Part shown: in pieces, positions 49,218-56,610 of the stretch
How the letters are laid out: the number at the start of each line of letters is the position of its first letter
Numbering within the stretch: the stretch's first letter is position 1
From: an uncultured archaeon
GTDB taxonomy: Archaea; Asgardarchaeota; Thorarchaeia; Thorarchaeales; Thorarchaeaceae
Direction: 5' to 3'
NCBI GenBank assembly: GCA_964473825.1
Contig: CAYYQL010000014.1
Span: 1-63,692 of the forward strand
DNA length: 63,692 nt
Program-made: the position numbers and the translations under genes
Notes under the pieces: generated by a model
Database searches by the model: none
Seen by the model: only the letters and a program-made list of their open reading frames with translations
Told to the model about the DNA's origin: nothing

Positions 49218-50197
49218 CTTCTCTGACACCTCCTTGCATATCCGAAGGATTGGTCCGCCTCAAGACTCTTCAGTCGTTCTCTCCCGATTACATCGAGATA
49301 CTCGTCAAATGACTGAGGCTCAAAGACATACTTCGTCAGATACTCTCCATATAGGCTGTCATCCCCCGCGAGTTTCCTATACTCCAGAAGATGTTCTGCA
49401 TCGTAATCGTAGCAACCGAAGCATGCAGTAGGATGTGCACCGAATGGCTGGTGAACCACTGCATCAACTAGTGTATGAGGTAGGCTGTTCGTCCAAGGTC
49501 TTTCTCTCATCACATCTGACGGATAAAGCTCTTCAGTGGAAACGACAACATGCTTTGATGCACGTGCCTGTTCAATATCTGCGAATGTCAGTCCCTCTAT
49601 GCTGATCGTTCCGTCTTCAGCGGCTTTCTGTACATGTAGTAGTGTAACATCTGGATTGACGGCAGGGACCAGCACCAAAGGCCTCTGTTCACTGCTGAAA
49701 GGGTCATGGGATTCAATGAGTTTCCTCTCAGGTAGGCTATCGCAAAGGGCTCTTAGCTCGGGGTCAAGACCCCACTTCATCAAGATGTCTGAACCAAGTG
49801 CAGATGTGGTCGGCAGAAATGGAACTCCCATTGCGCCAGCCATGAATCTCAGAGTCATGTGGTAATTGGTGTAGTCCTCGACCAAGATTGATGAGCCTTC
49901 CACTGCTTTTCTGAAGCGGACGCAGGTGGACGCGAATCTACCGTTTGCTCCATAGGCTAACTCGACAATTCGAACAAGCCCAGCTCCTACAAGTAGATCG
50001 AGTGCTTGCCCACCTGAGTGCATGACAATGTGCATATCACGTAGGTCCTGTCTGATCACTTCGTGGACTAAGCTCATTGGATTTCGACTGACGGTGAAGC
50101 CTCCTAGCGACATGCAGTTGCCGCTATGCACATATCGGCGTATGGCCTCTTCAGCACTCATTAGTTTGCCAGACGAGTTCGCTTTCATCTCTGTCAT
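49214..50197 (-). CDS. gctA: CoA-transferase subunit A (glutaconate CoA-transferase family)
   Basis: KLMSAEEAI, LGGF...RNPM, DLLVGAG, AGAMGVPFLP...LGSD, PDVTLLHVQKA, PFGAHP; start trimmed to 50197. Confidence 0.85.
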   Translation of the reverse strand: MTEMKANSSGKLMSAEEAIRRYVHSGNCMSLGGFTVSRNPMSLVHEVIRQDLRDMHIVMHSGGQALDLLVGAGLVRIVELAYGANGRFASTCVRFRKAVEGSSILVEDYTNYHMTLRFMAGAMGVPFLPTTSALGSDILMKWGLDPELRALCDSLPERKLIESHDPFSSEQRPLVLVPAVNPDVTLLHVQKAAEDGTISIEGLTFADIEQARASKHVVVSTEELYPSDVMRERPWTNSLPHTLVDAVVHQPFGAHPTACFGCYDYDAEHLLEYRKLAGDDSLYGEYLTKYVFEPQSFDEYLDVIGRERLKSLEADQSFGYARRCQRR

Positions 50198-50270
50198 GCT
50201 AGCAGCATCCACGCTACTCGCTACGATATACCACTCTTTTTTAGATACTGATTCAAAGAGGGGTTCACCG

Positions 50271-51611
50271 GTGCATGAGATGGTTCGAGACGATTTACCT
50301 AACATGAAGACAGCAGTTCCTGGAGAGCGATCTTCTGAGCTGATGAAGACCGCAGAGAAATACATCCCTAAGGCAGTATACACAGTGACTCCTCTATTTG
50401 TTTCCAAGGCAGAGGGAAGCGTCATTGAAGATGTGGATGGTAACCGGTTCATAGATTTTGCAACAGGAATAGCATCTGTGAATATGGGACATAGACATCC
50501 TAAGATAATGGGGGCGGTTTCCCAACAATTGGAGGAGTATCTCCACGTGTGCTACCATGTGACTCCGTATGAACCTTACGTTCGTCTGGCGGAGAAGGTC
50601 GCAACATTGGCTCCTGGCGAGTTCGACAAGAAGGTTGTGCTGCTAAACAGTGGTGCCGAGGCAGTTGAGAATGCTATCAAGATTGCCATGAAGCACACGG
50701 GCAGGCCAAAAGTCATTGCTTTTGAGAATGCCTTCCATGGACGGACCCGAGCTGCGCTGGGACTCACAGGCAATGTCAAACCGTATAAACACGGCTTCTT
50801 CCCGCTTGAGACGGGAGTACATCGAGTACCCTATGCCTACTGCTATCGTTGTGCCTTTGGACAGAGCTATCCCGATTGCGGTATGAGATGTTTGCAGCAC
50901 CTTAGAGAAAGATTAGACGTGAGCATCTCGCCCGATTCTGTGGCTGCAATCATTGTAGAACCTGTCATCGGGGAGGGTGGATTCATTGCTCCGCCCAAAG
51001 AGTTCCTGACTGGCCTTCGGGAGATATGCGATCAGCATGGGGTTCTGTTTGTTGCCGATGAGATACAGAGCGGGATGGGTAGAACGGGGCGGTTCTTCGC
51101 AGTCGAGCATTATGATGTAGTTCCAGATCTCATTACTCTGGCAAAGTCTCTTGGAGGTGGACTGCCCATCTCTGCTGTTGTCGGTCGAAGCGAGATCCTA
51201 GATTCAGTTCATATCGGCGGACTGGGAGGGACATTCATCGGTAACCCTTTGAGTTGTGCTGCTGGGGTAGCTGCGGTAGATGTCATAGACGATTGCATGG
51301 AGCACGGCAGGAAGCTTGCAGAGATTCTCTCTGGTAGAATGGACGAGTGGTATGAGCAATATGAGATCGTTGGAGATGTAAGAGGGTTGGGGCTCATGCG
51401 AGCTGTTGAACTGGTGAAGGACCGGGACACAAAGGAACCTGCGAAGAACGAAACAGCTGAGATTCTGAAGAGGTGTCGTGAGGCTGGGCTGATCCTACTG
51501 AGTACAGGCCCCTACAAGAATGTCATCAGATTTCTCCCTGCCATAAATATGGACGAGGAGCTCTTTGAGAAGGCACTTCAGATATTTGAATCATGCATGA
51601 GAGATGTATAA
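50271..51611 (+). CDS. gabT: Class III aminotransferase (4-aminobutyrate/5-aminovalerate transaminase)
   Basis: DVDGNRFIDF, NSGAEAVENA, AFHGRT, EPVIGEGG, DEIQSGMGRTG, AKSLGGG, GGTFIGNP; start GTG 50271 or ATG 50280. Confidence 0.9.
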   Translation: MHEMVRDDLPNMKTAVPGERSSELMKTAEKYIPKAVYTVTPLFVSKAEGSVIEDVDGNRFIDFATGIASVNMGHRHPKIMGAVSQQLEEYLHVCYHVTPYEPYVRLAEKVATLAPGEFDKKVVLLNSGAEAVENAIKIAMKHTGRPKVIAFENAFHGRTRAALGLTGNVKPYKHGFFPLETGVHRVPYAYCYRCAFGQSYPDCGMRCLQHLRERLDVSISPDSVAAIIVEPVIGEGGFIAPPKEFLTGLREICDQHGVLFVADEIQSGMGRTGRFFAVEHYDVVPDLITLAKSLGGGLPISAVVGRSEILDSVHIGGLGGTFIGNPLSCAAGVAAVDVIDDCMEHGRKLAEILSGRMDEWYEQYEIVGDVRGLGLMRAVELVKDRDTKEPAKNETAEILKRCREAGLILLSTGPYKNVIRFLPAINMDEELFEKALQIFESCMRDV

Positions 51612-51676
51612 TCGGCTGGTGCACCAGAGCGTTTCTCATGCGGATAGAGATTGCCATCCACGTTTCGTTGTGTATT

Positions 51677-51704
51677 GGGTGAGTACGGTGACCTGTACTC
51701 ACTC
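51677..51704 (+). terminator. Strong hairpin between convergent gabT and VIT-vWA genes
   Basis: GGGTGAGTACGG/CTGTACTCACTC 12-bp stem (2 G-U), 4-nt loop. Confidence 0.45.
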
Positions 51705-51857
51705 TGGTATTCTGAAACACACGCAAGGAATGCAACGACTTGGGAAGGACCTTTATGTTCACCTTGGGAGAGGCCACATGTTGGTCTAGTTCCTGTTTGC
51801 AGCAGTAGGTCTTTGGCCGCTTTCTGAGCCCAGTCCCTCTGACTGTATTGCTACTCC

Positions 51858-53777
51858 TCACCGACTCTTCTTCAGAACAACCAGTACTACAACAGAGAAG
51901 GCCCCTATGATAATCCATACCATGCCTATAGGTGGACTGAAGAGCCCCGGGGGCGCTGCAAAGACTCCTGTTGTCTGAGCTGTGGTTGTGGTAGTTGCCG
52001 TGATGCTCCAGGTGGCGGCGCGAGCTAACTCCCCTCCCTCCGTCACCTCGTAGGCAGTTAGAATAAGGGCGGTATACCCTGCCACAACCAATCCGTATCT
52101 CATAGCCAGCCCTATGATTTCATTTTCGAGTTCTTCCGTGGAAGCTTCAAGGCTTGTTTGTCTGAGCAGACAGGATATCCTCTGATGAGCCCATAATCTT
52201 TCAATGTGCGGCTTGTCAGTATCGCCGATTCCATGCGAGTTTGCGTATTGTTCAGGTCCTGTCGAATAGTTGATTGACGTGCTTATACTGATCGACTCTT
52301 CATATCGGCCCGTTACCACAACTTCTGTCCCATTGAAGAATGGGCTATCTCCCAGTGGCTGAAGAGAATCTACCTCTGAGGCACCAGTGAAATGGATTTC
52401 GTACGAGTCAGCAATCGGGGTTGAGAAGAGTCTATAGAAGTCCATGAGTCTTGTCGCCGCATCATCAAACGGCTCGATGAATGTGAAGAAGCCGTCATTC
52501 TGGGCGGCAAGGTTTGCCATCAGCCCCTCATCGGCACCTGCCCCAAATGCCACAGTTGAAATAGAAACGCTAAGATCGTTCGCCTCGGCGGCTGCACTAA
52601 GAATCACTTCCGGTTGTGTGCTAACGCCAGAAGTTGGTTGTCCATCGGAGAGAACCAGCATGACCTTCGTGGTGTCGTCAGAGCTGAACATGTTCAGCCC
52701 ATCAACAACCGCCCCATAGAAGTTGGTAGAGCCCCCTGCAACGAGGCCGTTTATCCATGACTTGGCTTCAGTCTTCGATGAATCACTTGCCTGATGTGGT
52801 TCAAGCCAGAGAGATCGTACCTCAGTATTGAACTCGATAACATTGAACAGGTCGTCCTTTTTCATGTCGTCCACCATAGCACTGAATGCAATCTTTGCCT
52901 GCTCAATCGGAGTGCCAGTCATCGAGCCAGACGTATCGACAACGAACACGAACTGTCTGCGTGTGGCATCCTCAACTTCCGTGATTGTTGGGGCAAGAAG
53001 ATATACGAAGAAGTTCTCTGTACCATTGTTGTAGGTGAGTAGCTGGCTACCCCCTGTCTGGCGTTCCGTTGCGTATTGGATAGCAAGTCCGCTAGGGATC
53101 ACCATATTGGCATCTTCATATTCGACTCTGAGACCATCTGCAATCGGTGTGGCCAGAAAACCTGATATCCCCTCTACCGAGTAGCCGATGATTTCTCCAT
53201 AATGCGACACAATTGACATCTCAAGGCTGAAAGCTGACTCGATGGGTGCATCTTTGGATATTGGCAGATCCAAGAGATATCGACCTGAGCTGCGCGTTAG
53301 AAGTCCCTCGATGAAGACTGTGAGAATCGCCTCAGTGTTGTTCTCTACGTTGAGACTCACTTCGTAACCGTTCCAATGCCGCGTAACCAGCACCGCAGTC
53401 TTGTTCAGTGTCACGCTCTCGTTATATGTTTCAATTGCCTGTTGTTCTATTTCGACCTTGCCCCAATAGATGAGGTCTTTGAGGGTTACACACATGTTGC
53501 TGAGTCGAAGACCAGACTGTAATCCGAACAGCCAAGAGATCTCTCTATCAGTGTCAGACTCAGTATTGTCGTACACCATAGTATAGCTGAGGTTGGCATA
53601 GTTGTCGACGATAGATCCTTCAACCGATACACTGCTTGGTCCTAAGGTGTCTTGGGATACCAGCCTGGTGACTCCTGGTGTTTCACCTACTCTCAGACTT
53701 ACCGCTGTGGTGGCTGTTGTACCGAGCAACAACAATATCACCATACACAGGGGTGCGATTAGTTTCCTCCTTCTCAT
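51858..53777 (-). CDS. Membrane-anchored VIT + vWA domain protein (inter-alpha-trypsin inhibitor heavy-chain-like)
   Basis: Signal peptide; VIT-like N-domain; FVVDTSGSM MIDAS, GGSTN, LSDGQPT; ERLWA; Thr-rich linker, TM, KKSR. Confidence 0.9.
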   Translation of the reverse strand: MRRRKLIAPLCMVILLLLGTTATTAVSLRVGETPGVTRLVSQDTLGPSSVSVEGSIVDNYANLSYTMVYDNTESDTDREISWLFGLQSGLRLSNMCVTLKDLIYWGKVEIEQQAIETYNESVTLNKTAVLVTRHWNGYEVSLNVENNTEAILTVFIEGLLTRSSGRYLLDLPISKDAPIESAFSLEMSIVSHYGEIIGYSVEGISGFLATPIADGLRVEYEDANMVIPSGLAIQYATERQTGGSQLLTYNNGTENFFVYLLAPTITEVEDATRRQFVFVVDTSGSMTGTPIEQAKIAFSAMVDDMKKDDLFNVIEFNTEVRSLWLEPHQASDSSKTEAKSWINGLVAGGSTNFYGAVVDGLNMFSSDDTTKVMLVLSDGQPTSGVSTQPEVILSAAAEANDLSVSISTVAFGAGADEGLMANLAAQNDGFFTFIEPFDDAATRLMDFYRLFSTPIADSYEIHFTGASEVDSLQPLGDSPFFNGTEVVVTGRYEESISISTSINYSTGPEQYANSHGIGDTDKPHIERLWAHQRISCLLRQTSLEASTEELENEIIGLAMRYGLVVAGYTALILTAYEVTEGGELARAATWSITATTTTTAQTTGVFAAPPGLFSPPIGMVWIIIGAFSVVVLVVLKKSR

Positions 53778-54072
53778 GATTCCTAGCCTCGTAGTTTCAT
53801 TGCATAAGATCCTGCTTATCTCCTCTGGTGCCTATGGGCACACATTGGATGACAAAACCCCCAAGATAGACCTTACAATATACTAGGACTAGCCTAGATA
53901 TTGCTCTAATTATTGAACAATCTGTTCAGGATTTAGAACCGTCCTTCTGGTAAGCAGAGTTTCAACTGGATGATTGTTTGTCACTTTGACGGTAAATGAA
54001 CGAGAGCGGGAGGTTGCTAGCTCCCTTATTTACAGCTAGGCTGATGTAATCTAATGTGAAGCATACCGGAAT

Positions 54073-54669
54073 TTATGGCCCTGCAAACATACTGGCGACT
54101 ATCATAATTCCAAATATCGCCAAGAAAGCTAGGCAACATATCAGTCGACAACCACAACCGCTGCCTTTGAAGAATATCCTGTCAACCACTATGGCTGAGG
54201 CCACGGCGTGCTTCCAGTCCATGTAGTCTCCTACCTCGACTCGGAATTGGTCTCGAACTGCGATTATCTTCTTGTCGAGTTTGAAGGCAAAGTGCCCTGA
54301 TCGGCTCGTAGCCTCGAAACCCCAGGCCATGATACCCCCTTGTGCATGAATCTCGTCATCGCGATAGTGCATCGTGAATTTTTTCCTGAACATAATCCAC
54401 GGGCGGGTAATCTTCGCAATCTTATTGCCAGATGGGTCCAACAGGTGGAATGTCTTGTCGAAGAATCCACCTTTCGCGGTTAGAATCTTGTTCCCCGCTG
54501 GGTCTTCAAAGTGGACCGTCGAGCGTAGGAAGCTAAGCCATGTTTGTCTGGCAACACCGACTTTTTCTCCGGTTTCTTCATCGTAGATTTCGTAGACTGG
54601 TCTTGCTGCGACCAGCTTCTGCTGTACTTTGTAGAAATGACGTCCTTCTTTCTTTGGTTCGACTTCCAA
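54073..54669 (-). CDS. LURP-one/scramblase (tubby-like) family protein with Cys-rich C-terminal TM
   Basis: F.V.QKL....YEIYDE, DKK....RD.F.V, A.AIVVD central helix; CGCRLICC then hydrophobic helix. Confidence 0.8.
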   Translation of the reverse strand: MEVEPKKEGRHFYKVQQKLVAARPVYEIYDEETGEKVGVARQTWLSFLRSTVHFEDPAGNKILTAKGGFFDKTFHLLDPSGNKIAKITRPWIMFRKKFTMHYRDDEIHAQGGIMAWGFEATSRSGHFAFKLDKKIIAVRDQFRVEVGDYMDWKHAVASAIVVDRIFFKGSGCGCRLICCLAFLAIFGIMIVASMFAGP

Positions 54670-54733
54670 TTCAATCTCCCTCTCAACCCCTAACCTCTAT
54701 TCCTTTTAAGAGCTTCTTCGACACGCTGCTATC

Positions 54734-55378
54734 CTACTTGATCGATAGTCCTGTGTCAGTGACTTGAAACCACCGGCCGCATTGTGGACAGTTGATGCCA
54801 CCTGAGCTGTCGAGTCGTGAAGGCCCAACCACAGACTGAGCTCCACAATGGGGACATGTCACATGCCTGTCATGGATTGATGCCAGTTCCTCTGACTCGC
54901 CAGATTCTTCAGGAAACTCGACTGCGACGTTTCGTCCGATATACCCCCCGGCAAGAGCTAAGATGAAGAATGCCACCACAAATGAACCTAAGCCAAGAAG
55001 CATTGTAGCTGCAAAGGCAATAATGACTAAATCAAGAACGGGGATTATCAGGAATTGTATGAATGTGAAGAGTATGCCCTGTCCAAGTACGCTGGTGATG
55101 CTCCTCCTCACTCTCGTTTTCCAGACCAGCTCCGTTACGAATGTGTTTACTCCACCGATTGTGACAAGATACCCGATGGTCACGAGGAGCAACAAGGTGA
55201 GCATCTCGGTAAAGTTGCTCATCAGCATCATCAGCAAGAAAAAGTCAAGCAAGTAGACAACCAGAAGTGATAGAATTGCAAACGGAATCCCATGAATGAA
55301 GTACCTGACCAAGTTGTCGACGTTTCGGTTCTCGTGATTACTCGTCTGTCCAATCTCCCACCGTTCGTTCTCATTCAT
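54734..55378 (-). CDS. 4-TM membrane protein with C-terminal zinc ribbon
   Basis: Four hydrophobic helices; CPHC...CPQC. Confidence 0.8.
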   Translation of the reverse strand: MNENERWEIGQTSNHENRNVDNLVRYFIHGIPFAILSLLVVYLLDFFLLMMLMSNFTEMLTLLLLVTIGYLVTIGGVNTFVTELVWKTRVRRSITSVLGQGILFTFIQFLIIPVLDLVIIAFAATMLLGLGSFVVAFFILALAGGYIGRNVAVEFPEESGESEELASIHDRHVTCPHCGAQSVVGPSRLDSSGGINCPQCGRWFQVTDTGLSIK

Positions 55379-55600
55379 GGTGGTTGTGTATGGACTTCCC
55401 GCATAAAAGCATGACCTCTTCTTGTCACTCAGTCACAGAATTAGCCTTCCCCCCACTGGCCAAACATACGCCCATTCCACCTTCTTGGTTGCTAGCTCCG
55501 AGGAAGACACCGAATGTTTTAAATGCGAATTATGAGGAGATAATAGTAGCTCATAGCACGCTTCATGACTGGGTAACCTTGTCGGTCACGAACCAGTAGC

Positions 55601-55606
55601 TTTAAC
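55601..55606 (+). promoter_or_regulatory. TATA-like box for putative ncRNA
   Basis: TTTAAC ends 25 nt before the GGG that opens the terminal stem, matching archaeal TATA-to-TSS spacing. Confidence 0.4.
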
Positions 55607-55631
55607 TACACGCGAGTCCCCGGTTAATTCC

Positions 55632-55779
55632 GGGCACACGAGGACGATGGGTCGACTGAGTACTTTGGCGTGCGGTGCCAGTCTTGCATAGGTTCTCAAA
55701 ATAGGCCTGTGGAGTGCAACGTGCAATTACTATTAGGTGGTGGCGCGGCAAGCGTTGCATTGCCCGGACTTGTGTGCCC
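55632..55779 (+). ncRNA. Putative structured ncRNA: kink-turn terminal stem plus four-way junction; family unrecognised
   Basis: P1 55632-42/55769-79; K-turn bulge GAC plus GA/GA; P2 55648-52/55762-66; P3 55654-64/55674-83; P4 55687-94/55704-11; P5 55713-21/55753-61; about 12 G-U pairs only valid on +; U-rich tail. Confidence 0.7.
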
Positions 55780-55950
55780 ACCTTATTCTTCTGATATCCT
55801 ACTATTAGCACAATTACGGATCATGACTATGGCGTCCACCTTTGTGTGTGGATGGTCACGGACGAAACGGACCATGTCTAGGACTCGAGCTGCTTCATGC
55901 GTCAATGGCAGAGATAAATAGGATTGGGACACAATCTCCAGCCGAATAAC

Positions 55951-56544
55951 ATGAAGGGCAAGAAGTCGATTCGTGCTGGGATGCCATTCCTGATGATTAC
56001 ACTTCTCATAGTTATAGGTGTATTGCCCTTCACAAGAGAAATGCCTCTTGATGTTGACACTGCCTACTCACTAAACAAGCTATCGCAAGACACGATCCGT
56101 CCGGAAATCAGCAGTTGGGGAATTGAAGGGAGACCCTCTGCGGGAGAGAGCTTCTTGGCATGGGCCAACGTGACCGACTATCAATCAGGTGTCAGGAATG
56201 TGTCACTGATACTGAACTCTGATAACGGAACTGTGAGAACGGTACAGAACTATCCTATGTTCGACAACGGAACACTATACGTGAGGCAGATTCCCGGTCT
56301 TCCTGTAAACCGAACATACCTACTTCGTGTGCTTGCGTTTGATCTGGTCAACAATTCTGCCATTAGCTACTCAAGGACTATCAATAGGTATCCGAGTCCT
56401 GACCCGCCGATAGACCCCAATATCACCATGCCGGTTGTTGTGACCAGCAGTTTCGTTTTGTTCGCGATTGTCTTGCTGCTTGCTTATGTGTACGACAGGC
56501 GACAACACAGTAGCCAGAGCATTGCCCCACCCCGTGAACCCTGA
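55951..56544 (+). CDS. Small surface protein (N-terminal hydrophobic segment, one Ig-like domain, C-terminal TM)
   Basis: WANVTD..SGVRNV, AFD..NN motifs; Pro-rich linker; TM plus RRQ; ATAAATA box upstream. Confidence 0.75.
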   Translation: MKGKKSIRAGMPFLMITLLIVIGVLPFTREMPLDVDTAYSLNKLSQDTIRPEISSWGIEGRPSAGESFLAWANVTDYQSGVRNVSLILNSDNGTVRTVQNYPMFDNGTLYVRQIPGLPVNRTYLLRVLAFDLVNNSAISYSRTINRYPSPDPPIDPNITMPVVVTSSFVLFAIVLLLAYVYDRRQHSSQSIAPPREP

Positions 56545-56610
56545 CTGTATGTATCATACACTCTCCTTATAATCGAAAACACAGGGTCTTGCTGCAGGCT
56601 GTGGACGAAG

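Noticed and set aside
50022-50452. Apparent 430-nt head-to-head overlap of CoA-transferase A and gabT ORFs
   Set aside because: Artefact of longest-ORF calling; homology-supported starts (50197, 50271/50280) do not overlap
55632-55779. SECIS interpretation of the K-turn element
   Set aside because: Not in a 3' UTR, multibranched rather than a simple hairpin, and no nearby gene with an in-frame TGA
55827-55880. GTCC...GGACGAAAC resembling hammerhead stem II
   Set aside because: Required CUGANGA core is absent (CUAUGGC instead)
55670-55921. Short ORFs across the putative ncRNA and the many antisense ORFs inside long genes
   Set aside because: No motifs or RBS support; shadow ORFs
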